A stretch of 64,000 bases of DNA from Eledone cirrhosa (GCA_964016885.1 OZ024743.1:279000001-279064000); one strand, 5' to 3'. Positions 14,841 through 30,310 are shown, numbered from the stretch's first letter. The notes: generated by a model not told the origin, from the sequence alone. A program made the numbers and translations.

Positions 14841-15066
14841 TGGGGATTCTTTTCTTTGTCTTTGTGCCTCTCCTTTGTTCTGTCCTACGCCATCTTGTTT
14901 TTGTGTGCGTTGTGTTCTTAGTTTGCGCATGTGTTACATCCGGGTGTCTGTGTGTGTTTATATTTGTTTATTTATTTGTTTATTTACATGTTACTGGTTG
15001 GTTGTTTGTTCTATGTGTGTGTGTGTTTTCATTTTGTCCTTAATTGTAAGTTGTGATGCTGCTATT

Positions 15067-16020
15067 CTATTCATGATTTCTATTTAATTTTGGTTGGAGT
15101 TCATTTATGTTTATTGCCTCTGTGATTTGTCTAAACATTACGTCATTTCTGTCTGTAGAATTTATTTTCATTTCCATGTTCTTTAATTTATCCTTATGTT
15201 CTATTTTAGCATGTTGGTAGAGTACAGATAATTCTTTACTATCTTGAAGCTCTCGCCAGTGTTCATTTATCCGTTCTCCTATACTACGAGCTGTCTCACC
15301 TATGTACACTATATTCTTATCTCTACAGTGACCTTCAGTACATCTTATGCTATATACTACATTTCCAGTTTTAGAGTTAATATGGGGGCTTAGTTTACAG
15401 ATTATACATTTCTTATCTATACAGGGAGGTCTTTGAAAAGGGTATGTATTGCTAATAAGTGTTTTTATGGAGGTACCTGGTCTTTCTACTATCTTAATAT
15501 TGAGTTTATGTTTATCTAGGGCCCTTCTGAATTTGTAAGCTAATTCACCTCTAGGGGTTGTATTGATGAACATTACACTCTGGTATTTATTGCTATCATA
15601 CCATGAGTTTATTCTATTAACCTTATTCCTAGTTCTTTCTATTCTATTCCAAAATTTGCTCCTATACAAGGGGCAGGTCTCATTTGTATCATTATTTACC
15701 ATTTTTTCCCATTTGGTTCTGGCTCCTCTATATACTCTGATCTTATCTCTCTGATTGTAACCAGAGAACTGCATACGGTGGATGAAGTGTTGGATGTGTC
15801 TCTCTAGTTCTTTGGGGTTGCACATGCGGAACACGTTTCTCATCACCCGTACCAATTCCGCAATCAGTATGTTGATTTTGGTGTGGTCTGAAACAGCTGA
15901 GTTTCGGTGGATCAGATATTTGGAAGTCATGGGTTTGGCATAATGGGAATGGAGGATCTGTTTTTTTGTCATTGATAGTATCTAATCAGAGCTCTCTGTC
16001 TAGTACAGGTAATCGATGGA
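15067..16020 (-). pseudogene. PLE RT C-terminus + GIY-YIG endonuclease
   Basis: 'RLPVLD' upstream, then 'HYAKPMTSKYLIHRNSA', 'MQFSGY', 'NVVYSIRCTEGHC...VYIGETARSIGERINEH...QITEAININELQPKLN'. Confidence 0.9.
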
Positions 16021-16759
16021 AAGAATCGACGGAAAGAATCGATGGAAAGAATCGACGAAAGAACTTTGACAATATATAAATAATCGTCTGGTTGTGGAAC
16101 CAACCAACCAACCGGAAATTTATAAATTCCTAAATTTATAAATTTAATTTATAATAAATTGAAGTGAAAGTAACTGGTGCGTGTGTTTCTTATTGGCAAC
16201 ATGACCCTCCCAAAGTATAACAATATATATATATACATATATGGATAGATAGATCGATATAAATATCAGATGAAAGTGAAATAGTGTTTATATACTTTCG
16301 CTTGATTCCTAATGTTTTATGACTTATCTCAAGATGATTAAAATGTGTTTCTGTAATGATCTTCGTGTGGTCATGAATAATATTTTCAACAGCATCAGAC
16401 CTATCAATAGCAGTAGCAGTATCCCTAGCAGCAGCAGTAACATTAACGACAGCAAAAGTAGAATTCTTTCGTCTGAATCCTTAATATCCACCATTGTATC
16501 AAACAGAAGATATCAACATCTGTGAAAGACGACTCAAAGAGCTGAAATGGAAGAATAATGAATATGGAAAATCTATGAATAATGCAGAGACTTACGGCCT
16601 GACGTTATAGATTGACATTGAACTGAACTATTAAAGATTATTGGGACAACATAAATCACTTCACAATACTATGGCATTTACACATCTATATACATACACC
16701 TACTTACATATATCTATAAATACGTATGTGTGTTTTCGTATATGTGTGTGTGTACGTGT

Positions 16760-16805
<46 letters not shown>

Positions 16806-18014
16806 AGAGGGGGAGAGGCACACACGCACATACACACATACTCACTAGCACACACATATACACATGAAAGACAATATTTGTATGTATCTCTGGCATTTTC
16901 ATCTCTACTCTTTGTTGACACATTATCAGCCCATAAATTCTTTACCCTTTTGTATAACTAATTTACTAAGAGTATATCCTTTGCCGAAGAGATCTAATAT
17001 AATCGAAACATATCCACTGCTTTACTTATGTTAGTGTATAGACAATGCTCACTGCATTGATTTAAATTATTCCAAAGCATTTTAGTCAGCTCAAGCTACA
17101 TAGTTCTAATTTCGATTTGAAATCGTGAAGAGTGATTCAGATGATTGAAGTTTTATCCACACACCATATTCTACTTGTATGTAAGTTTGTATGCATCTAT
17201 GTATAGATGGATGCATGTATGTATGCATGTATATGTGTATATACATATCTATCTATATATATGTATATATCTATCTATATCTATATCTATATCTTTATCT
17301 CTCTCTCTTTCTCTCTCTCTATATATATATGTATATATATATGTATATGTATACATACAGACATATATACGCATATACATACACAAACTCAAACATGTAT
17401 ATATCCAGACATTTTAATCAACCACTTAATATTATGTAGAACCTAGTAACAATATAAGTATGAGACGATAATATATATTGACGGTTATTGAGATTCGCAC
17501 TAAAGCCGAAAACTACTGAAATAAAGTCTTTGAATAGAAGCAGACTTAAAGAGAAAAGAAAGGTTCTATCCAGGCATGAATCACCGAGAAAGAGAACTAG
17601 AAGAAGACGTCTTCTTTAAGACCATCCGCATAGAATTGTGTTTCATCAAGAACATGCGTAAAAATATACCTGGCTTTAATCAGAAAACATTTCGCCGTCA
17701 AGTGTAAATGCCATAAGTTGTTTAATAAAAAATATAATAAATTTATAAATAATATAAATAGAAATGAATATAAAAAGAACTGTGACGTGTAGCTAGTGTT
17801 GCATGACTTACATCTTTTAGAATCCAGCCTTAGTGATAGAAAAAATAATCAAAGAAAAAAACAATAACAATACAAAACACGGAATAATCTGGATGCGATT
17901 GCAAGCAAGTTGACTCAAATATCTAAGTAAAGGAACTGTATAGATCTAAAATAGCACATGTTCACGAAATCGAGAACAAAACAAAATGAAAATAAATAGT
18001 ATATATATATATAT

Positions 18015-18085
<71 letters not shown>

Positions 18086-18103
18086 GAGGGAGAGAGAGAG
18101 ATA

Positions 18104-18141
<38 letters not shown>

Positions 18142-18189
18142 TGCTATTAAGTTAGACATGGCCGAAACCTATCAAAGTTATCAAAGTAA

Positions 18190-19160
18190 TGTGAGACTTC
18201 AATGCACATGTTGGCACTGATCACTTGACATGGAAAGGAGTGATTGGAATAAAAGGCGTACCTGATAAAAAACCGAAGGGAGAGGCCTTATTAGACTTCT
18301 ATTTTAGTAACTACCTCTCTATTATGAACGTGTTCTTCAAGTACAAAGACATCCATAAATATTTATTGTATATGGGGAGTCGAGGACAGAGATCAATAAT
18401 TGATTTTGCTATTTTCTCTGCTCTCTTTGATTCTCTCCGTGTATGTTCGAGTTAAGAGAAGGTCTGAGTTGTAAACTGATTACCTTCTAAGTATCGGCAG
18501 CCTACGTAAATCTAAGAACGCTGACAAAACTGGCAAGTCCAGCTCACCCTACAGGAGAACTCGGGAAGCGATGGAGGATATGGATGTCAAAATCAGGTAT
18601 GCAGATACTATGGCATCTAAATTCAGAGAATTCATTAAACAAGCTGAGGACGTTGAAACAGAGTGGTATCTGTTCCGCTCAGTAGTGTACGTGTCAGCTG
18701 TTAAATGGTGCGAGTGAAAGGGGCTTGCTGCGTCGCCGGATGTCAGGCGGACCGCTTGGATCATTCAAGAGCTTAAAGATGCTATCCGGACTAAGGAAGG
18801 AGGCTTACAAATAAACTAAGCTTAAATAAACTGAGCTTAAAGATGCTATCCGGACTAAGGAAGGAGGCTTGCAAATAAACTAAGCTTAAATAAACTGAGC
18901 TTAAAGATGCTATCCGGACTAAGGAAGGAGGCTTACAAATAAACTAAGCTTAAATAAACTGAGCTTAAAGATGCTATCCGGACTAAGGAAGGAGGCTTAC
19001 AAATAAACTAAGCTTAAATAAACTGAGCTTAAAGATGCTATCCGGACTAAGGAAGGAGGCTTGCAAATAAATCCTTCTTGCACATGCGGTCGAAGAAGGC
19101 ACGAAAAGTCACAGCAGCACAGTAAATGAGTCCAAATTTAAGATATGGAAGGACATTGTG
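18190..19160 (+). pseudogene. Decayed RTE-type LINE, apurinic-like endonuclease region
   Basis: DFNAHVG...WKGVIG...GEALLDF...LSIMNVFFKYKDIHKY...GQRSIIDF...TDY motifs, with stops and frameshifts. Confidence 0.8.
18769..19071 (+). repeat. 64-bp tandem repeat, ~4.7 copies
   Basis: Unit gagcttaaagatgctatccggactaaggaaggaggcttRcaaataaactaagcttaaataaact starts at 18769, 18833, 18897, 18961 and 19025. Confidence 0.95.
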
Positions 19161-19358
19161 AGTGTTTGTGTGTGTGTGTGTGAGCATGTGAAGAAGGGTT
19201 TACCGAAGAGTAACAGTAGAGCGGCAAAGTTAAATAAAATACTCAATGCATTGGTCAATAATTCACATAGTTTTTTTCATATAGAAATTACTTCTGCAAT
19301 TTTTCTACTGATTTTAAACGAAGGAAATGTCTAGACGAGTAAATATCAATGCACATTT

Positions 19359-19419
<61 letters not shown>

Positions 19420-20245
19420 CACACACACGTATATATATATATATATATATAGGAAAACTCAGAAAAATAATTGATGAATAGATTTGTATGCTACAAATAA
19501 CTTAGGAAAGAGGGTAAAATCTCATTATGGACAGAAAAACGCGGACTGCGGTGGTTATTGAAATACATATCTTCCATATACCAGCAGACTGCTCCAAACG
19601 TTCAGCTAAATTGCCCATGTCGGTGCTGCGTGGTTTAGCTTCTAATTTAGTTGATCGCTTTCAGGGGTCGTTTATTTCAATGGTTAGGTCAGACAACCAG
19701 TATATGAAAGTCATAGAGTTCAATTATTCATAGTGACAGCTGATTACCTTTTTCCCGACTATAAGGGCTCTTTACTCGATTTTCTGAGCTATTTATATTA
19801 ACCATTGATATTTATATTCTTTTTTATTTTGTGTGTGCTTGAATTTTCTTATGAAACTCATAATATCTCAGCGCCTAGAAAGTCCACAGTCTGTGTGACT
19901 ACGTTGTGTACATTTTCAAAGCTGTGTTTTCTGCTTCTACTTTAGATGGAGATCGCATTCCTGCACATTTTAGCTGAAATTTTAAAACGGTCCACGGGTA
20001 TCAATAAAATTTGGTGTTCGATTCTTTATAGCGACCGCATCCCACGTTTTCCATTATATAAGAGACATTAACCCGCTTTTCTAAGCTATTTATAGCACAC
20101 AGCACTATTTAGTGTTATTATTGCGTGTCTCAGCTCTCCTACATTTTTTCTATGAAACGCATAATCTCTCAGTGCTTCGAGGGTTGAAACGTTGTATACG
20201 ATATTTAAAATATATTAATATATATATATATGTGTACGTGTGTGA

Positions 20246-20351
<106 letters not shown>

Positions 20352-21289
20352 TGTGTGCGTGTGCGTGCGCGCGTGTGAATAAATGCTTACAGAACATTTT
20401 TTTAAATGCTGATATATGCAACACAACACCGTGAGAAAACGAAAATCTTTATGGAATTTTACAATTTCATTCAAGTGTATCACAGTTTTAAATGCAGATC
20501 TGTAAGTAAAACAGAATGAATTGAAAAACATAATTTCATTCATGTTATTGCTTGCGGTTAGTATTAAATCGAGCTAAGACACATTGTGTTTATAACGTAT
20601 ATACCCATATGACGTTTGACCTATGTTGCTACGCTAAGTAACAGATCAATTTTCGTGTAGAGATAAATATAATAATTCAACTATATAATGTAAGTATAAT
20701 ATGCTTGAAACTAACTAACTTATCTAACGTGAATCACATGAAAACATTATACATAAGAACATGATTTGTCATACACAATTACACACACATACATATATAT
20801 ATATGATTAGTTGCTGCAGTTTCCTACTAACAGATTACACTCAAAAGCTTGGGAAACTCATGCCCAAAATACCATGCAGCAAGACTAAACCACATGCAAA
20901 ACTATCTCCTTAAACACGCGACCATGCTTACACATTTATTCAAGATTTGCAATATTAAATAGCTATCATAGCTCTCCTCCATGGACTATACCTAGTATGT
21001 ATAATTGCTCGCAAACATAAAATGATTGTTTAGATAATCAACATTGGTTTTAATATTACTGATTTTTCAAATTTAAAATAGAAGTTAAACAAATATGCCA
21101 CCTATCCTAAGAAACACGTGCGTATATGAGTAAACGGGGAGACTTTGGAGTGTTAGTTTGTCAGTGAACATATGGATGTATTCGTAGAAATCCAGAATTA
21201 GATGTGTTACAACACATCTGCAGCAACAACCCCCCTCGTATGATGGCCCAGGGCAAATGCCGATGTTATTTTAACTTTTCGTTTTCGTC

Positions 21290-21850
21290 ATTGTTTTGAG
21301 TTGGTCAGGCTCACATCAACCCGTCACCACCCCAACCATCAACCACACCACAACACAACACAATACAATTACGAATCCTGAAGCACCAAAAAGGGCATTC
21401 CTCTACTCCTCAAATCAGTCAGCCTAAAGGTGCATGCTTAGATTAGGCCCATTCACACGGGCTATTCTTGTAACATTCACACAACCTTTAGTAAATGTAC
21501 TTCGGAAGGGGCGCAGCACTGCTTTTTCCTCCCTCAATTTCCTTTCCAAGTTAAACTTGAATAAATTGATAAAGGCTTGGCTGAAGAGAAATGTGTCTGT
21601 CTTCAATCCTTTCAGCCTGGTCCACCACACAACCTCGTTCGCTACCACCACCAGACAGAGGAAACTGCTTGATTTTCTCGGCCAATAGAAAACTGTGGGG
21701 CGAACCTCACTGTAGCCGGATCTGTTCTACACGCGATAACAACTGTTCGACATAACTCACAAGTTAGTAATGCACTCTCTCACTCTTCCTTTCTGTACGT
21801 ATTGACGCTCAAACATTTTCTGCGGAAGCTGGAGCTGTTGCAGGACATTC
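21290..21850 (-). mobile_element. Second L1/Tx1-type LINE 3' end
   Basis: 'ANEVVWWTRLKGLKTDTFLFSQAFINLFKF...IARVNGPNLSMHL*' is homologous to ORF 22787..23080(+). Confidence 0.8.
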
Positions 21851-21864
21851 TTACCTGAATCGAG

Positions 21865-23330
21865 ACGTGGAAGCCCTGCATCGGCAAATGCGGACGACTT
21901 CACCGTGACGGTGTCGAAAACTTTGGAAATCGAGGTGGTAAGCACCTACTAAAAGGAATATAAAAGGTTGACGGGAGCAAAGCTGAACCCGGAAACGTTT
22001 GCAGCTCGGCACCGGGAGAGGCAAATCAATGCCGCTCGACAACACTGTTGGACGTTGGACGGATGGATCGGTGATTTTACTCAGTATCTGGTTTGGACCA
22101 GATTTCCAGGTGAATAAGAATGAGATTGAGGTAACGAGCAGTGTGGGCACTCTCAACCAGAAATGGGCCGAGAGGGAGCTATGCCTGAAAGGGCGATCGA
22201 GGGGGGGGGGGGGGGCTAACGCGTACATTGAGTCCATCACCTATTACCGCCTTGCACAATTCACACCTCACCAATTTGGAACGCCTGCACTTCATCTTCT
22301 TGTGGAAAGGACAGGTGTCATTGTTGAAGCGGTCTATCTGCTGCCAGCACCCTCTACGAACAGGGCTGGATATGCTGCGGCTGGGGATGTGCAAACATGC
22401 GCAAACATATCTTCAGATATTCCTAAACGAAGAACAGGTGTGGTCGTCGTTTTCAAGACAGGTGTTTTCGCAATTTGTCTATTTGACTTTGTTGCAGTCC
22501 TGGATGAAGAAGAGATCGAGACTGCGCGCCTGGCATCTGGAATATTGCCAGGCCTTCACTGCTATCTACCAGGAAGGCAGTGGAATTTCCGCTCTAGAGT
22601 TCTATAGAGGATTAGTCGTGGGAAAGTTCTACGACACTCTCGGAAAGGGTCTGGGCGTCGACAATGGTTAACTTCCGGAAATTCCTCGCTTGGCAGGGAT
22701 AAAGTCTACAGGCACGCAATTGCTGTCAGACGGACCTGTCGGAGAGGCGCGCATAGCGACGAAACCGTTCTGCACGCACTAGTCCTGTGACCCTATATTA
22801 CTGGCTTTTTGAACAGTTGTTATCCCATGTGGGACGGATCCGGCTATCGAACGCGTCCATCGTGAATATCTCTCCGTCGACTTCATTTGGCTTGGAAGGC
22901 AGGCAGTTTTTTCTCAGTCTGGTGGCTGTAGTGAAAGAGATTGTGTGGTGGACGATTCTGAAAGGACTGAAGATTGACACTTTTGTCTTCGGCCAATCCC
23001 TCATCAATTTTTTCAAGGTGAAGGTGGAGAGGGTAAGTATGGCCCGTGTGAATAGGCCTATTCTGACCATGCGTCAGTAAACTGGATGATTTGGAGAGGA
23101 GACGGGCCTTCTCCTAGAGTGCTCTCGGAGCGTAGGGTGGTTCAGGATCGGTGAAGTTTCTGTATTGCCCCTGGGTTGTCCGCCCCTACTTTTAGGGAAT
23201 TTTCTTTGTTGTAATTCTTTTGTTTATTGTTATTTGTTTTTATATAGTTTACCCGATATCATTGCAACTCCCCCACTGTCCCTGCTGATTGAATTGGCCC
23301 CTATATGGAGCCATTTTCGCCAATGAAGAA
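21865..23330 (+). mobile_element. Decayed L1/Tx1-type LINE 3' part (RT, zinc knuckle, 3' UTR)
   Basis: 'SANADDFTVTVS' (YADD-like), 'TGAKLN', 'LSIWFGPD...QKWAERELCLKGR', degenerate CCHC 'CRRGAHSDETVLHALVL*' at 22737-22790, 'KEIVWWT'. Confidence 0.85.
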
Positions 23331-23481
23331 ATTATTATTAATACTAATACTACTATTGTTATTATAACGAAAAGAGAAAGTTAAAATAACAAACGGCATT
23401 TGACTTAAGCCACCGAATGGGAAGGTTGTTGTTGTTGTTGCTGTTGCTGTTGTTGTTATTGTCATTGTTATTGTCATTGTT

Positions 23482-23555
<74 letters not shown>

Positions 23556-23829
23556 GTTTGGTGGTAGTGGTGGTTTTGGTGGTGCTGGTGGCAGAATGGT
23601 TGCTGTCGTAGTCGGAGTGGTTAGTGATGTCTCTGGGGTCTGGCTCTGACTGCCAATATTCCGCTCACTCCTATCGCCTACCCACCTCCAATACCTACTA
23701 CCTGCCATCTAAACCCAGCAACACTATATCCTTGCGTGTTGGTGCGAGTATATAAAGGTTAATTTCTATGTATGTTATTATATATGTGTACATATATATG
23801 TATGCGCGTATATAAATATATATATATAC

Positions 23830-23929
<100 letters not shown>

Positions 23930-23955
23930 ATGTATGTATGTATGTATATATATAT

Positions 23956-24008
<53 letters not shown>

Positions 24009-24287
24009 TGTGTGTTTGGGAGTATGTCTACATTGTTTGGAACGGGATGCAATCAGACGAGAGTTCTGTATTAAAGGTCTGAAGACAAAATTGGGCTGCA
24101 GTCGGGACTGGAGTCGGGTCTATAATATTAACATGCATCGTAAGCCAACCATCTGTGAAACCGTCGTAAGTGTGTATAATCAATAAATTCCTTAATGTGA
24201 AACTTCGTTTTGTCCTTAATATACATACACATACACACAAACACATACAGACAAACATACGGACACACAGACACACACACAGAGACA

Positions 24288-24367
<80 letters not shown>

Positions 24368-25259
24368 CGCAGTACAAATTAACCGCGGAAACGTGCTGTT
24401 ATGAATAAGGCGAACGGTGTACATGTATTCCCTGATGAGAGGGATTCAGACAATTGACAATAATAAGGAGAGAAGCGAGTGGTAAATAAATCAGTAGATA
24501 AAGCCGATATGTTGTTATTCTTAATGTTACTGATGATGTTGTTCTTGTTTCTGTTGTTTTTGTTTTTGTTGTTGGAAGTGCTGGTGTTGGTGAGTGGTTC
24601 CTAACTCCGGAACGTAACCGAAAATGAGTTAATAATAATCAATTTTCTCAATATCGTTAAAGGAATGACAAATACATGATGGAAAACAATATCGAATCTT
24701 GATTGGGTGATTAGACAGATATCGAAGAAAACAAAGCTAGAATCTCTCAGAATTTTTCTTTCAAGATCTTCGGAACGCCGCAGTTTAGTTCTTTTGAGTT
24801 TGGTTGGGTTTTGCGAGGTTGTTGATGGGTGTACGGGGAATAAATGATCTGTTGGCTGCTTAATTTGAGTGATTTTAGCTTGGAGCTCATAATTAGGGAA
24901 ATAGAAAGCCGATAACTTCTAAGTTTTAAAGATATCTTGGAAATTACAGTTTCCTTGCCGTCTTCACCATAGCAAATTGATAGAAACCGTAGCAGATGAT
25001 AGAAATGATAAAGATGAAGTGTGTATACATGTATAAAGTATGAGTGTATGAGTGTAAGAGAGAGAGAGAGAGAGAGTGTGTGTGTGTGTGTGAGAGAGAG
25101 TGTTTCTGTCTATTTGTGTGTATGAGTGATTTCTTCGGTGTCAGGTCGGGGCACTGTGTGGCAGAGACATAAGCACATGGTTTGTGTGTGTATATATATA
25201 TATATATATAATATGTACGTGAGTGTGTGTGTGTATACATAGACAGACATATATATATA

Positions 25260-25365
<106 letters not shown>

Positions 25366-27153
25366 ATAATGTGAGCGTGTGTGTGTGTGTGTGTATTATA
25401 CACACACATATATATATATAATGCATATATATTTACACACACACACATACACATATATATATTGGTGTGTATGTATGTATGAGTGTGATTATACATGTAA
25501 ATATATACTGCTTACATACGTACACGTTCAGTTATACACACACACACACACACACGTACACACACACACACACACACACACTCATACATACATATAAATA
25601 CAGTATATATATATATATATGTCTTTGTGTATGTGTATTTTTGCCTACATATATTTATAGATATATATATATGTGTATGTATGTGTATATATGTGTGTAT
25701 ATATGCACACATACATGGATGTGATTGCAGAGGTATCTGTGGCAAAATTTGTTATATTGATGAAGGGTGGGAGGTGGGTTTTGAAAATTAACTCAAATGA
25801 TTTTAAAATCAAAGCAGATAAACATATCAGATTTATTGATGTGTCGTTACTTTGTTTCGCCTAAGTATCAGTTATCGACCTTCTTGTACATCTTGCCAAA
25901 ATAAAAGAAAATAGTGACAAGGCATGCGTGTATATATGTGAACATATAAAGTCTACAAGTGTGTGTATGTGACGCGAGTGTTTTTGGTAATGTTTTTGGT
26001 AGTGTTTTGTGGAGAGGTTGTGTAAGGTGAAGGTGAGAGATTTAATTTTCTTTGATACATTAATTTATTTAGTTATCTTATTTCATATTATTACATGATT
26101 TCCTTTCTTCTTCTTCTTCTTCTTCTTCTTCTTCTTCTTCTTCTTCTTCTTCTTCTTCTAAACATGATTAAATAATTTAAATGTTGGTTAAAATTTGATT
26201 GTCGAAACAAACTAGCGACGTAATTTCTGGAACCCTTTCATGTGTGCAATATTTAAGATTCCCTTTCGATGCCAGCCCCAACTGAGATCGCCTTTGCTTC
26301 TATGATAGAAATATTTCAGTGATTAAAGCGTTCACATTTCAATTAAAATCCCTCTATCGTAATTCTATCTAAGAACCTCTCTGCTAAGTTGTATTCCCAA
26401 AATAATAGCATAATACAGTAAAAGGTATTCTTGAGAATAATTAGCAGTGACTTCGAAGTTTCGTTGTTATTCGCTGACACGTCGAAGGTACTGCCACAAT
26501 GTTCTTTAGAAAACATGTCTTATACACTGGTCACATGCATTGAGAGTCCATTCACTTAATATTTATGTATTCTATGTATATTCATACATACAAAAACCGG
26601 CTTGAGTATTCTGATTATTTTACAAATTAATTCAAATGCATGGGCAATAGTTTCATTAGACTTATGGTCACAATAGATATTTAATGTTCCGTTGCAGGGA
26701 GAACTCCATTGTCTACGAGCATAACTACAAACATAAATTTTTATTATGGTGTCTGTTAACGAGTATTATCTTGTTCATATGATTGCCTTGTATGGTTTTA
26801 GTACGATACAGCGGTAATGATATTTATTTTCTTTTGAATAATCACAGTCAATTCTTGTCATCATTACTGATTTTGATTAGCCCCTAGCACTAATTATGCA
26901 GATCAACGATCAACAGATCTCAAAACTTACCCAACCTTTCTATCTTCAAAAACCATGTCTCGTGAAGTGACTATCTTTTTCAGTCGGTCCTATCTGTTTG
27001 AAGACATTGATTTAGAATTTGAGGGATTTGGTACTGTTATTTTTAGCAAGCTGATGAGGGACAACTTCACAAAAACATGAATTTTAAAAGTGAAAAAAAA
27101 CCCCCCAGATTACTGTGATGTTCATGTCTTTTTCAATGTTATGTCTTTTTCAG

Positions 27154-27341
27154 GGCGGTGGATTGGCAGTATCGGTAGAGGGTCGGACGCCATGCTTTCC
27201 AGCATAGTTACGTCCCTTTACGATCTGAGTTCAAATCCCGCCGAGTTTGACTTTGCCTTTCATCCTTACGGGGTCGATAAAAAATAAAGTACCAGTAATG
27301 CACTGGGTAATTGCTGGCCTTGTGCCTAAAGTAGAAACAAT
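27154..27341 (+). mobile_element. Full-length tRNA-derived SINE with target-site duplication
   Basis: A-box-like tggcagtatcggtag, B-box gagttcaaatcc, central gcctttcatccttacggggtcgataaa..agtaccag (Meta-SINE-like domain). TSD ttatgtctttttca at 27139-27152 and 27341-27354. Confidence 0.9.
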
Positions 27342-27942
27342 TATGTCTTTTTCAATGTTAAATTTTATCGATCAGGGATTGAAATCACAACGAAATTTGA
27401 GCATGTTACTAAGATTTAATAAATGGCCTTATACTACATATTTTTATTTTTACAGTCTTTTGTGTACTTCTTACGATGTGTTATTCTTACTGTATCATTG
27501 TGACTGTGTAAGTTTATATGTAGAGGGGTGGAAGAATCTATCCTCACCGACGAAACAATTCTTCTGTCATTAAAACATGGCTTCTTAATATAATTGTGTC
27601 AAACATTCCAACAAAGCATTTTCTACACATCAATATTGACACTCGACGACATTGACTATAAATTTAAGAGTTAGCATCTAATAACCTACGAGCTTGCATC
27701 CAAACAGGCTGACCGAGAGAATAATCACTCTATTCAATAGATACCTTCGTGTACATTGCATGTAAAAATTAAATTCCTGACGAACCCTTAAAACATACAT
27801 GCTTTTTCTACCTGACGTGTGTTCTTTTAGCTTGAAATGTCGGCGATAAACAAACAAATTAAAAGACAAAGAGAAACTCGAAACATGAGATTTGGGGAGT
27901 TATGAAACAATAATAACATAGTTTTCATTGTACTGCAACATA

Positions 27943-28124
27943 ATTGTTTCTACTTTAGGCACAAGGCCAGCAATTACCAGTGCATTACTGGTACTTTATT
28001 TTATCGACCCCGTAAGGATGAAAGGCAAAGTCAACCTCGGCGGGATTTGAACTCAGATGGTAAAGGGACGTAACTATGCTGGAAAGCATGGCGTCCGACC
28101 CTCTACCGATACTGCCAATCCACC
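27943..28124 (-). mobile_element. tRNA-derived SINE, same family
   Basis: Near-identical reverse complement of 27154-27341. Confidence 0.9.
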
Positions 28125-28889
28125 ATAATATGGCCAGATCAGAATCTTGATTATTCAGTTGTCACAACCTTTCGGTTGTGAAATGGTTCCTCAATTATTT
28201 CTGCAATTAGCTTTCAAGGATCAATTCTGAAGTATGCGTTTTAATCGTGTTTGATAATTATGAAGATAGTAACAGTATCCTGAAAGCCAAAGGAATATAT
28301 TTCTTACATGTTCTGGTAATATGTCCCAAATTAGCAGTCTAATGTCGCTTAAAGCTCACCCTACCGTCTTAAATTACATAGGACAAAATGGATAATGTAG
28401 ATCTAGGATATTAGTGTTCGAAAATAAAACTGGATGGGCATGTCTGGAAAGCTACTCATCATAAATATGTTCAATAAGAAATGATCTGATACTAAACAAG
28501 AACAAAATAAACAAAACGACATCATTTCTAAAATAAGAAAAAATTAAAGGCGAAAGCAAAAAACAAAAAAAAAGAATTACACACTCACAAAAACAAAAAA
28601 AAGAAGTGAAATAGAAAATGTAGCAAAGTTAGAATGAATCTAAGCAATCAAAGTAACATAGATATTGTTCAAAATTAAACATTTTAGACGGAAATAAATG
28701 CTTTTGGCGAAACGCAGCGAGACATTGGAAGACAACAGTAGATTTATTACCAAACTGATATTAAAAGCCAATCAGCTGGCAGTAGATAGAAGAACAGGCG
28801 TCATAATTATTGACTCTTCTATTCTATATGCGCATACGCACACTGTTATACACGTATATATAATCATTCCAATGTACACCCACATATAT

Positions 28890-30310
<1,421 letters not shown>

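Larger units (their letters stand above)
14591..16225 (-). mobile_element. 5'-truncated Penelope-like element with inverted partial pLTR
   Basis: ORF 15067..15972(-). The 3' pLTR at ~14591-14900 contains an HHR; an inverted copy of ~14647-14814 lies at 16054-16225. Both ends abut (TA)n. Confidence 0.9.

Noticed and set aside
17630-17662. 'IVFHQEHA' resembling the Tc1/mariner HQDNA motif
   Set aside because: Too short, with no supporting frame or TIRs.
18769-19071. CRISPR-like regular repeat
   Set aside because: No unique spacers, no cas genes, and a eukaryotic LINE context.
24079-24172. CTGAAGA ... GAAACCGTCGTA possible HHR
   Set aside because: No convincing helix I or II pairing.
24432-24438. 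CTGATGA hammerhead core
   Set aside because: No properly placed GAAA or helices downstream.
27154-27245. tRNA gene
   Set aside because: A/B boxes belong to a SINE head; no complete cloverleaf, and it is followed by a SINE body and TSD.
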